Assembly (NCBI GenBank): GCA_964016885.1
Contig: OZ024743.1
Location: forward strand, 193,936,001 to 194,000,000
Length of the DNA stretch: 64,000 nt
Direction of reading: 5' to 3'
DNA from: Eledone cirrhosa
Lineage: Eukaryota
A program made the position numbers and the translations under genes. Below are positions 30,225 through 42,873 of the stretch, piece after piece (position 1 is the first letter of the stretch; every line of letters begins with the position of its first letter). Below the pieces are notes generated by a model. The model was not told the DNA's origin. It saw only the letters and a list, made by a program, of their open reading frames with translations, and did not search any database.

Positions 30225-30640
30225 AACAATCATAATGCTTTCTGATTTAGTCACAAGGCCAATATTTTTGAAGGGAGGGAAAAATACATTAAATCGACAC
30301 CAGTACATTACTGGTACTTTATTTTATCGACACCTTAAAACAACAACAATATTAATAATGGTTTCTGATTTAGGCACAAGGTCAGCAATCTTTTGGGGAG
30401 GGGAAAGTCGATTAAATCAACCCCAGTACATTACTGGTACTTTATTTTATCGACTCGGTAAAACAACAACAACAGCAACAACAATAATAATGATTTCTAG
30501 CACAAGGTCAGTAATTTTGGGGGAGAGGAAAGTCGATTAAATCGACCACAGTACATTACTGGTACTTTATTTTATCGACTCCATGAGGATGAAAAGCAAA
30601 GTTAACCTCGGCGGGATTTGAACTCAGACCTTAAAGGGCG
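30225..30640 (-). mobile_element. Array of three SINE 3' halves
   Basis: Three ~120-bp repeats of cacaagg...gattaaatcgac..cagtacattactggtactttattttatcgac separated by (AAC)n. The last one extends to the B box. Confidence 0.8.
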
Positions 30641-30644
30641 TAAA

Positions 30645-31005
30645 AATGATGATGATGATGATGGTTTTGTTGGTGGTTATGAGCATGATTGTAGTTATGA
30701 TCATGATAATGATGATGGCGATGATGGTGTTGGTGGTGGGGATGATGATGATACTGGTGATGATGGTAGCGATGATAATGATGCTGTTGATGATGATGAC
30801 GACAACTACACTGCTGTTGCTGTTGCTGCTGCTGTTGAAGATGATGATGATGATGATGATAATGATGATGATGATGTTGATAATGGTGTTGTTGGGGGTT
30901 AACATGATGATGCTCATGATGATGATATTGATGATGATGATGACGATGATAACGATAATGATGATGATGATGATGAAGATAGTGGTGATGTTGCTGATGG
31001 TGATG
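30645..31005. repeat. (GAT)n-rich degenerate microsatellite
   Basis: Seen directly. Confidence 0.95.
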
Positions 31006-31907
31006 ATAAGAATTTTGGAAAGTTAAAAGCAGTATCTTTATTTTCGAGTAACAGTGTGAGTTATAGCAGACAATATTTATCGTTATCTAAAAATGACCGG
31101 ATATATTGCCTTGAGAGTAGATTAAATGCTTGCAGAATGCCCAGACATTCTAAGAACCAGCCAGGAATAGGTAAGCAGCTACTATTACTCCAGTGGAGTA
31201 AAAAGTGTTACACAAACCATATGGCTACATGTATCGACTATAAAAGATTCTCCGAGACTAGTTCTCATTTTTGATCAATGGAAATGTTTATGGACGACAA
31301 CGGTAGCAGAAAAATCCTCATCTGTTATCTGTAAGAAGCATTTAATAAAACTTTGAAAGCAACACGTTTCTTGGCGCCGTGCAAAAAGGAACGTTGTCAC
31401 ATGAGTCTCATTCTGTATATACACAACAATAGCAATCGCACGAATAATATAATATGGATAATGGTAATGTTTTTTCTATGGAACCGTAAATAACTTATTT
31501 TAAATATTTCTAAAGAAAAACAAAATACACTCGGATGTGAAAGAAGAGGAAAACTAAGGAAAGAAACGTTTATTTGACAACTGATTCAGCATTTGAGGGA
31601 AATAAACAAACATCTGAAAGGCTGACATTTGTGGGCTATGTTAAAAAAAATGTGACTTATTCTGCCAGTTGAATGATGTGAGTGTATGCAATAAAGATCA
31701 CGAATGTTATTTTATAAAATTCTGTGTTGTATCAGTTGTTTATGCTTACAATAACCACTGGCCGCTCGTCCCTGTCCCCTGGGGCATTTTTGCCCATCGC
31801 TTTCTTTGACAGAATTTAGTTGTTTTAACGGCATGAATTTTCTCATTTTTATATGTATTCAAATACTCTCACTTCGTCTCGATCAGAGGTAACATTGATT
31901 TATTATA

Positions 31908-32075
31908 TATATTCCGTTATAACGAATACCATTCTAACGATTTTTTCAGTATAACAAATTTTTTTCAATGTACGGTCACACACTCGATGTGTTAGATCGA
32001 TCTCGTTATAAAGAACTTTTTGTTACAAAGAATTTTTTTATACCCCGTGAATTTCATTTTAACGGAATTTCACTG

Positions 32076-32076
<1 letters not shown>
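31908..32076. mobile_element. Tc1/mariner (pogo/Tigger-like) MITE remnant
   Basis: Right end reverse complement is TA-CAGTGAAATTCCGTTA, and the left remnant is ATTCCGTTATAACGAA, with internal CGTTATAA repeats. Confidence 0.55.
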
Positions 32077-32113
<37 letters not shown>

Positions 32114-32129
32114 AATATATATATATATA

Positions 32130-32480
32130 CAAATATGGTTTCTGATATAGGCACAATCTTGGGGGAGGGGGAAAGTTGATTAATTCGACCCCACTAAGTG
32201 ACTGGTACTTTATTTTATCGACCCCGGAAGGATGAAATACTGAGCTAACCTTGGCGGGATTTGAACTCAGAACATAAAGGGCCATAACTATATGCCGCGA
32301 AGCATATTATCCGACGCTCTCCCGATAATGCTAATCCACAATAATAATGTTTCTACTTTTGGCACAAGGCCAGCAATTTCCCTAGTGTATTACTGATGCT
32401 TTATTTTATCGACCTCGTAAGGATGAAAGGCAAAGTTAACCTCGGCGGGATTTGAACTCCGAACGTAAAGGACCAAATAA
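32130..32480 (-). mobile_element. Two tandem SINE copies
   Basis: Two core-plus-B-box units in the same orientation. Confidence 0.8.
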
Positions 32481-32890
32481 CAACTACAATAACCGTGTTG
32501 TTTATATAAATGAAGATAGTATGTTTCTTGGGAGAATTTGACGTGTGTAATCTCAGTCTGAAGAAGAAATATAGGAAAGAAGGTCAAATAGCTGGAAAAT
32601 TCGTGATCGATGAATGTTAAGAAACATCTGTGAGGACGACGCATGCGTACATAGATAAATGTTTCGGTCTCAAAACCATAATAAATTAAAGCATAGCATT
32701 TTGACTCCAAAATTACGTGAGTGTACATTATTTAGTGAACGAGCAGTTAACCTGGCAATCAGTTTTATTTTCACGCAATTTCAAAATATGAACATATTAG
32801 AAGTCCGTTTTGCCTCAATACAAAGAGACAAACAAAATATTCTGGGTAACATGAATATATATATATATATATGTATATAAATATATATAT

Positions 32891-33660
32891 ATAAACGGAA
32901 AAAATAAAACGAAATTTCATTTCCGACTCTTAGTACGGCTGTTACTTAAATATAAGTATGTACACGTACATACATATATGTATACAGACGTACAGTAGTA
33001 TGTATATATATATATATACATACATGCACACATATATATATGTACGTATGGATTCACCGAACATTTATTATAATGCTCGGTGTGTTTGTAAACAAACATC
33101 CCGTATTAAGCCGTAGTGTCCAGCAACCATCGTTGCTCGTTTGTTCAACACTGACAAAGGAATGTATGCATATATATATACATACTACTGTACGTCTGTA
33201 TACATATATGTATGTATGTGTACATAATTATATTTAAGTAACAGCCGTACTAAGAGTGGGAAATGAAATTTCGTTTTATTTTTTCCGTTTATCGTTTTCG
33301 GTGCACCCGGCCGATTAAGCCACTCGATAGGCAAATTGGGCTACTCAGCCGTTAATATGCATAAGGTAAGTATATACATTCAACAATCTGGCAGGAAGGT
33401 ATACGTTGCTGGCGATAGCTAATACGCTTGAAACTAGTACAACGTTCCTTTGTCAGTATTGAACAAACGAGCAACGATGGTTGCTAGACACTACAGCTTA
33501 ATACGGGATGTTTGTTTACAAACACACCGAGCATTATAATAAATGTTCGGTGAATCCATACGTACATATATATATGTGTGCTTGTATGTATATATATATA
33601 CATACTACTGTACGTCTGTATACATATATGTATGTACGTGTACATACTTATATATATATA
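32891..33660. mobile_element. 420-bp-period HHR-bearing unit plus inverted partial copy
   Basis: catactactgtacgtctgta repeats at 33181 and 33601. 32891-33165 is the reverse complement of the unit's downstream part. Both flanks are (TA)n. Confidence 0.85.
33403..33445 (+). ncRNA. Minimal type I hammerhead motif with an A6G core change (family C)
   Basis: ACGUUG-CUGGCGA-U-AGC uaauac GCU-U-GAAA-CUAG-UA-CAACGU. Helix I is 6 bp, and helix III is the palindrome ACUAGU. Confidence 0.7.
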
Positions 33661-35111
33661 TATATATGAGTATATGGAAAGTGTTCAAATGCCATAAAGA
33701 TAGCTTATAAAATAGGGTGAAAACTCTTAAAGTACATGTTTGAAGGGTTCTCTCCCTATTTGATAAGCTATCGTTATAATATTTCTGCGCTCGAACACTT
33801 TCTTTATACTTATATATATATATATACATATATTCTCAGCGCTTCAAAACTCGAAAATTCGGCTTCGCACATTGTTTATATAATATATAGTTTTATCAAT
33901 AAGAATTAAAGAAAACCCCACATTATATTGTATAACATTAGCATGAGCAACGGCAGTTGACAATAACAAATGCAAAATAGGTACCAGCAGCAGCAGCAGC
34001 AACAGCAGCAGCAAGAAGCTTGACTTTAGCCGAATGCATCGAAGTTGACATACGTTTCTCAAGAATTTACCATTAAATACATTTAGATATCTGAATAATT
34101 CCATTGATTGTGAGTGAAGTTTTGAAAGGAAAACTAGTGATTATTGATGTAATATGTTGCGTGTGTGTGAAATAGCCGGAACTAATATCAATATATGCTT
34201 GCTTCTCTGATTCTTCACTAACAGCTAGTCGCTCATGTTTGACATCAAATGTCACGGTTCAACATACGTCTAATGAGGAGACTGTCTATATCCTGTTCAA
34301 ATTACTTTATTATATAAATGTTTGTTGTTAATTGAAAGTGGCATCTCATTTGTATATTACTTTCTTTAAAACAGAAATATGAAACCTATATTTACTCACT
34401 TCTAATTCAAAACACACGAACAACAGAGGTAAGGAATCTACAATAGAAATCTTCTCAGTATACATCTCATTGTGTTCATTCAACATATTTTAAGCTGTTA
34501 TTTATCAATTTGTTCAACGTCATTGTATCATATGTATCTCCTCAAAACAATTTTCATGAATGGTAAAACTTCCCCCTCACATAACTTTCAGAAATTTCTT
34601 AATTTTGAATTTAAGCAATTCAGTCTTCTTTAAAAAAATATACGAATGTATTTAATTTACATCAAATATATCTATATCAACAAATATTTCCATTGCGTTA
34701 TTTTACAAGGATAGAAACTCTAAACCTAGATGTAAAAAGGCTTGGAAATTCTAGATTTGTTTTTCTTTATTCACTAGGGATCGAAAACATACACTGGGAA
34801 TCCAATCAAATTGATGATGGGATAAAAATTATGTGATTTAAGAAGTGATTATATGTTCTCTAAGATAAACAGCGGGGAAATCATACTGCACAGTTATTGT
34901 AACACTGATGGTTTCGCATATATCATACTACTTTAGAGGTTAATTCTCAAAGTATGTATGGGCCCGTAACTCCTGATGGAGTCATAGGGAGGCCGTCGTG
35001 ACATACAGCATGTCTTCGGCGTTTCAACCTGGCGGAGCTCATGTCTTCTTCAGATTGGAACACAGTCGATTTTATCCCATGAAAGAACGAGTGAGTGAGA
35101 GAGAGAGAGAC

Positions 35112-35143
<32 letters not shown>

Positions 35144-35224
35144 TGAGAAAGATATATAGAAGAATCTCGACACCAATAATGAAATGGTACTTCTTTTATC
35201 GGCCTTAGAATAGAGACACATCAC

Positions 35225-35565
35225 AAATAATGGTTTGTGATTGAGGCACAAGGCCAGAAATTCTTTGGGGAGGGGAAAGTCGATTAAATCGACCCCAGTG
35301 CATTACTTGTGCTAATCTTATCGATCCCATAAGGATGAAATGCAAAGCTATCCTTGGTGGGATTTGGACTCGGAACGTAAAGGGCCGTAACTCTATGCTG
35401 TAAAGCATGGTACCCGACGCTCTACCGATTCTTCCAATCCACCGCCATCAAAATGATGAAAGGCAAAGTTGATTTCGATGGAGATTGAACCCATGGCATA
35501 GACAGACGGAACGAACACCGCAAAACATTCTATTTAACGATCTAACCACTCTTCCAATTCGCTGA
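35225..35565 (-). mobile_element. SINE full-length copy plus adjacent diverged head
   Basis: Same family motifs as the other copies. Confidence 0.8.
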
Positions 35566-37274
35566 CTACAATTTTCAGAGTATTAAGACTGGTAAGATAG
35601 GTTCACATATTACTAGTATGGTATATAATACTAAGTCTACATCTTTAGTCACAAGCCTTTATTGTCGAAGTCATAACTACTTGTCATGCATTACCGTCTA
35701 ATATCAAGCCTTTCTCGGAATCCAGTTAATAGAAACAACTCTAGTTTATTTAAACTTAGGATAATTCTTTTATATTAAAATATTGTCAATCAACTGGATA
35801 GGACACTGATTTAGTGCAGGTAATGGCTCTGGAAAGGTTAGATCCTGCACTGTGTAGGTAGACGGAGGCGAATGAATTTATGTAACATGCCAATGGACTG
35901 AATAAATAGAGTTATTCGGTTATTTCTACATGAAGCACAATTATGCTTGGCTTCAACTGATAGCAGTGAAATGAATATTATTGAGGTATTACAACCAGAA
36001 GTGACAAGGATTAAAAATTGATCAGGTATAAATGGAAATGAGAGACATACAGAGTAAAAGTGCTTTGATCAATAATGCTGATATTGATGCGAGTGATTGT
36101 AATTTTCGTAGCAATAGCAGATGTACAGAAGATATTACATATATTATTGATGATATTGAATATATATGATAAGCTCTGATTGCTATATTCTTATTGCTTG
36201 TGTTATGTCAATGTAGTCGATATTTCCTTCTACAAATACATTCTATTTGGGAAATATTAATTTCCATAAGGGTCTCCGGGAATAAATATATGCATTGAGA
36301 ATAAACATATACATTAAAACCTGGGATCAATATAATCAGTGAAAGCAACAAAAGATAATTCACTCTGATGTGGAAAACTTTCCTCCGTGGAGTCATTGAG
36401 AGAGGAATATTTGCTGTCATATTTGACGTTAATATTGGCTAAGTAACCCTGGGTTTATAATACTGATGGTTTATAATTGTTTTTAGATGACGTGTTTAAA
36501 CAAAATCTATAAAAATTATATATTTGTCTTCTCTTAGCAAAGAGTTACCGAAATCCAGCATTGTTGGTATTTGATGCTCAGTCATTATAGCATACATTTT
36601 AAAACCTCCGTTCGCTTCATTTACTAACGATACTATAGTGACATTGATTTCTGTTAATCTTATATATGTTGAATGATGCAAATAGAAGTTTATTAAGATA
36701 ATTAAATAAATTTTATTTTACTTCATCAATAATTTGTTATTTAAATACGTCTTTGAGATTTCTGATACAGTAATTTAAATCTCACCACCTTAATAATGCT
36801 GAATAAATACGGTTTAGTAATCGTTTCAGGCTAGAAGAATTCAGTTTAACCATTAAAGTGATTATGTTTGTTAATAGAATGCGTTAAGGCATTTAGATCA
36901 AAGAATGTAATGAATGTTGTTTAATTCTTGGAATTCAATCTTCGTTAATGCCTAATGCTCAATGAAAGATTTGATACTTAAATGGTTTCTATAAAATTTT
37001 CAAAATGTCTTAAGGTTAAAAGAGTTTTCTTAGCAATTTCCAGTAGAAGTGATACAATTTATAGTCGAGACATGTACTAAAAAGTTGTTGCTTATCAAAG
37101 AGAGAAAATAAAATTGAGTACAAATGATTATACTTTAAAACAATTTAGTGTAATATATGAATTTGCTCATCTGACGAGGGTTTAATCCTACTACAGTATA
37201 CTTCAATAAAATGCTTTAAGAAAACACTTATGACCAATCCGAGAAAGGTCGGAAATATATTTTACAACAAAATT

Positions 37275-37545
37275 TCTTCTTCTTCTTCTTCTTCTTCTTC
37301 TTCTTCTTCTTCTTCCTGAGAGTGTCATGGGCGCAGAGTCCCTGAACACTCCTTCCAGTGGGTCCTGTCAGAAGCAACCGTTTCCAGCTGATCCGGCTGG
37401 ATCCCTAAGCGAGACCAAGTGAACTTATTTGCCCGTAAAATCTGTCCCGCGATTCTTTCCTTAGACATTCTAACCACATGCCCATAGTATCGGAGCTGTG
37501 ATCTCTAAATTTAAAGAAGTAGCGGCTCTACCTGAAATGACCTTA
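37275..37545 (-). mobile_element. RTE LINE 3' end with (GAA)n tail
   Basis: Homologous to 590-935. Confidence 0.7.
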
Positions 37546-39328
37546 TTGCGTAACCTTATTCCAAAGACTTTTAATTTATCTATACTGCTATACTATATTC
37601 TTTATTGGTTGTTATGATTTTGCCCTAGGTCAGACATGATTAAGGTCATTCAAGCCATGATCATTGCCCCCTCCTTTCAGCTATAATATATTCAAAACCA
37701 CATACATCATACTTGACTGTAGAATGCAATTTATGGTGATTTAGTTGCTATATTTAGCAAAGCAAACAAACACTCAGAGACTCTGTCATTGGTTCCCTCA
37801 TTGGCTCAACCTTATCCATCCTTTTGTCAGTACAGCGTCTTCATTTCCCTAAAATATTTGATATATAAAATTCTAGATTATTACAATAAAATTCGAAATG
37901 CAGTATTCAGTTGAACGAAATATGATTTCACTTAATAAATATTCTTCAGGAACGTTAAACATAAATTGGTGTGATTCAATAAGCTATTTCCACACCACCG
38001 TCTTTCGTATTCTAAACACGTGAACATTTATACAAGTTTCAGCTCTAAGTTTCAAAGTCACCATAAAAAAATTCACCTCATCACAATTTTCACCGACACA
38101 TATAGCTCACTTAAACAGCTTTGATACGATTATACTTTCCAAGAAACTCTATTATACCAACATACATGGCAATCCCTTTCATAGTTAAAATTCTCATAGA
38201 TACATGTAACTGTACTAAACACTTTTCATATGATTATACTTCCCCATTTGCTCATAATAGTGAGAGATAGGGATAGCGAGAGAGACGGAAGTAGTGAGTT
38301 TTCAAACTGCCCGTTTCTACAATACAAAGCTGTCTATTTTAAGATAAAAAGGCACCTATTGTCATCCGTCCTAACCAGACAGTAGTACTTCACTACTGCA
38401 TAATATGTTCAACCTCAGAAGGATGTTAACAATTATACTTGCCAGGTTAATTATAAGTTTTATCGGTCTAGTTCTGAGGCAAAAATCTCATCATGTGGTT
38501 GAAATATTTCACATAATTTTCATGTTCCATGATCTTGTGTCTACTTTGTTTAATATTCACTTGATGCTGTTTGTCTAGGTATTACAAGAACACTGCTCAA
38601 AGATAAGCAGTTTAATTCTTAAATGATTAGGTGCTGCAATGTCTCTAAAAAATATATTCGTGTAACGATTATAGAAGCCACATACTCCATTAGATTTTAT
38701 CAATGTAGTAATTATATTATGATTTCGATTAAAAAGCGGTTTACCTATTTGTTTTATATATATCATTCTATTCTCTAACATACAAAGTCTTCTGTATGAG
38801 AAGATACATTAGGTATTCTTGGCTAATTAAATAAAGTAAGTTTAGGTTTTGTCGATGTGTCACGAGTTCACTATGAAATAAATTTTCTTACTTTGAAGTG
38901 ATATAGCTAATATTTAAGCGATACATTCTCATTTTGAAATCGTTATTCTTCCTTTGATCTGATATGTAGCCACTTTGATTTCTGCGTTAGAAGTAAAGGT
39001 AATGAGTTCGATCCGAGACTTGGGATATATCGAAATGAGACACGTGACGAAGATGGAAAGAACCAACTGACAGGTAGTATTGATAGAACAGAGATAAAAG
39101 ATTAATTTAATAGTTAAATGATTACCTGTTGATTTGTTTCTTTAGAAGTTATCCACCAGTAATTGGAGCATTAACTGAATCTAGTTTATTTTAAGCTTTA
39201 TCTGAGAATTATCTGCCAATCAGTAATTCTTTATTTTGAACAACAAATTGTAGATGACGTTAACACTAATTAACAACAAAAGCTACTTGTGGGGAATCAT
39301 TACCAAGAAAAGCAGTTAAATACATAAT

Positions 39329-39519
39329 TGTTTCTACTTTTGGCACAAGGCTAGCAATTACCCAGTACATTACTGGTACTTTATTTTATCGACCCCGTAA
39401 GGATGAAAGGCAAAGTTAACCTCGGCGGGATTTGAACTCAGAATGGCAAGGGCCGTAACTCTATGCGTCAAAGCATGGCGTCCGACCCTCTACCGATACT
39501 GCCAATCCACCGCCCTATC
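39329..39519 (-). mobile_element. Young SINE insertion with 16-bp target site duplication
   Basis: CAGTTAAATACATAAT at 39313-39328 and 39520-39535. Confidence 0.9.
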
Positions 39520-39639
39520 CAGTTAAATACATAATATTTGTTGGACTGTAGATACTTATTAAGTAGTAGGTGATGATTGTCCTAATAAAAACAAAATACT
39601 ACAGAATTACTGAATGTTTGATATTATAACATTAGATTA

Positions 39640-40920
39640 TAAGGTGGTGGATTGGCAGGATCGGTAGAACGTCGGGCAACAAGCTTTGTAGCATAGAGTT
39701 ACGGCCCTTTGCGTTCTGATTTCAAATCCTACCAAGAATACGTAATCACAAACCATTATTACGGTGAATTGGCAGTATCGGTAGAGAGTTAGGCGCCATG
39801 CTTTCAAGCATAGAGTTACGTCCCCTTACGGTCTGTGCCAAAAGTAGAAACCATTATTACATCAGATTATAGGGCGGTTGATTGTCAGGACCGGTAGAAC
39901 GTCGGACAACAAGCTTTTTAGCATAGAGTTACAGGGTTAGGGTTAGGGTTAGGATCGGTAGAGTGTCGGGCAATAGGTTTTGCAGCTTAGACGGCCCCTT
40001 GCGTTATGATTTCAAATCCTGCCGTGGTGAGCTTTGCCTTTCATTGTTAAGTCGATAAAATAATATACCAGTAATGCACTGGGATCGATTTAATCGACTT
40101 CCCCCTCCACCCCAAATTGTTGGCCTTGTGTCTAAATCAGAAAACATTATTACACCAGATTATAGAGTGGTGGATTGGCAGTATCGGTAGAGAATCGGAC
40201 ACCATACTTTGCGGTCTGAGTTCAAATCCCGCCGAGGTTAACTTTGCCTTTCATTCTTACGGGGTCGATAAAATAAAGCACCAGTAACACACTGTGTTCG
40301 GTTTAATCGATTTTCCCCTCCCCCCAAATTACTGGCTTTGTGTCTATATAAGAAACCATTATTACACCAGATTATAGAGTGGTGGTTTGGCAGTATCGGT
40401 AGAGTGTCGGATGACATGCTTTATGGTATAGAGTTACGTCTCCTTAGGTTATGAGTTCAAATCTCGCCGTAGTTAGCTTTGCCTTCTTTCTTTCCGGATT
40501 CGTTAAAATTAAGTACCAGTCAAGTACTGAGGTCATTTTAATCGATATTCCCCTCTCCAAATTGCTGGCCTTGTTCCTAAATTAGAAAAGATTATTACAC
40601 CAGATTATAGCGGCGGATTGACAGAATAGTTAGAACGCCTGACAAAATATTTTCTGACGTTTAAGTTACGACCCTTTACTTTCTGAATTCAAATCCCACC
40701 AAGGTTAACTTCACCTTTCATCCTTCTGGGGTTAATGAAATAAAGTATCAGTTCAAAATCCCACTGATGTCAGATATGCCTTTCATTTTTTTTTTTTGTG
40801 GCGTAATAAAATAATGTACCAGTAAAGTACTGACGTCGATTTAATCGACTCACCCACCGAAAAAAAAACAAAAAAACTCAATGGCCTTGTGCCTATGTTA
40901 GAAACATTTATTACACCAGA
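39640..40920 (+). mobile_element. Head-to-tail array of ~7 full and partial SINE copies
   Basis: Heads at ~39643, 39762, 39872, 40166, 40378 and 40610. Most are separated by attattacaccagattat. Confidence 0.9.
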
Positions 40921-42674
40921 CTGGAATAGTCTGGTGGTAGGGTGTAGTGCAGTGTACAGAGGCTAGCGTTACTTGTAGTCTAATGTTTCGAAAAAGTCAT
41001 GTGAGGAAAGAGTAATTTACAGGGAAATATAAACCTAGGTCAAAAGGACTCTGAAGATAAGTATGAAAAAAAAAATGTCAGGGGACAGAAAGCCATTTAT
41101 TCTTACAATGGTTCCCAAAATTGTGTTGATTAAACAAGAAAGAGGTAACATCATTAAAAGCAAAATATATTTCAACAGAAAAATGTCTGCAATGCCGTTT
41201 AGATTTTCGTTTAAAGTTCATTTCACATGCACCAGGTCTGTTCTTCCAAAAGTCACGAACGTCACACATTCCTATTCTCCCTATTCTAAAAATATAATGC
41301 CCTTGTACTTAATAAAAGCAAGCCATTATTTTTAGGGGATGTGTTAGTCAACATATTTGAATAGAGTAATGCATACTTTATAGTTAGCTATGTACAAAAA
41401 AAAAAAAAAAAGTCTCATTTTTCTGTTGAAATAATTTGCTTTTAAATTGAAGCTACTCATTGTGATGCGGATGTTGTTTAACCCTAGCGCAACGTTGATT
41501 GATCAGTTCTATGACCAAAGGTGTTCAATTCACGAGTATCTTCTCCGTCTTGTTTTCAGGTATGCATGTGTCCAGAGCCACATTTTACTGGATACTCATA
41601 TCTTATTTAGTTTTAAGATGATAGTGTATCTGAAGGAGATTTGGTTGCTATTTCTAGCAGGAAGAGCTACCACATAAAGGTCACTAATTTGAAATGCAGT
41701 TTTTAGAAGTTGATGAGGATGATGGCATTTCAGCTGTATTTATTACAGAGGAGTGTATAATATTAACTCATTTTACTTGCATTATGCGTGGGCCAATGAA
41801 TGTGCTTCCTTTTCTGGGGAGGTACTGATGCCCTTGGGGCTTTATAGTTTCCTCTGAAGAATATACAAGGAGTAAAAAGTAACAATTTATGTCAAGGTTA
41901 CGCCTATATCATTACATTATTCAATGGAAAATGTTTACTACTTGCAGAAGAGAGCGGAAAAAACGCAAGTGTGTTTAAATTAGTAATGTATACATATTGC
42001 AAACGAGTTTAAGCTGATCTAAGGCATGTTATATCAGGCATTAATATCATAATTAATAAAACAAGGAATTAGAAAAAGTCTCGGTTACTTATGCTACATT
42101 GCTAGTTACTTGTGTAGATTCAGTGATTTAGATTGGATTTCGTTCCCTATAATAATATTCTGAAGTGGCGAATTGGCAACATCGTTATAACATCGGGTAA
42201 TTCGCGGGTCTTTGTGCTCTTAGTTCGGATCCCGATGTAATCAATTCTGCCTTTCATCCCATCCTTTCGCGGTAACTAAAAGAAGTATTAGTTCAGGACT
42301 GGGATCGATTCTTCCCCTTTATCCCTTCCTCACCTCCCCACTCTCGCCCCTTCTGTGGGAGAAATCGGGTATTTTCAGACATGGAAAGGGATGGGCTTTG
42401 CTAGGTTTAACTTGCCCAAATTACGTCATACGTCTCTACGATACCCCTACGACTCCCCCATCGACAGTTACAGGTCTATACATACATTAATTCATATATA
42501 CATGCACACATAAACACCCTCATATATACATATATACATACACACATACACACGCACCTACATACGTTTATACATACATATATACATACACACACACACA
42601 TATATATATAGATATACATACACATATGCACACATATATACATACATAAATACATACATATAAACGTAGACTCT

Positions 42675-42873
42675 GAGCAAGTTGTTTGGATAACATCCAT
42701 GATCTTGGCTGCTCGCACTCAGGGATCCAGCCCGATCAGTTGGAAACGGTTGCTTCTGACAAGACCCGCTGGAAGGAGTGTTTAGGGACTCTGTCCCCAC
42801 GACCCTCTCAGGAAGAAGAAGAAGAAGAAAAAGAAGAAAAAGAAGAAGAAGAAGAAGAAGAAGAAGAAGAAGA
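42675..42873 (+). mobile_element. RTE LINE 3' end with (GAA)n tail
   Basis: WxDNIHDLG..GIQPDQLETVASDKTRWK; homologous to 590-935. Confidence 0.7.

Noticed and set aside
29839-30540. 233-aa ORF
   Set aside because: It runs through antisense SINE halves and (AAC)n, with no recognisable domain.
37166-37235. CUGACGA...GAAA candidate (similar weak hit at ~35015-35058, minus strand)
   Set aside because: Helices II/III or I could not be formed convincingly.
39621-40925. CRISPR-like repeat-spacer appearance
   Set aside because: The DNA is eukaryotic, the 'spacers' are homologous SINEs, and there are no cas genes.
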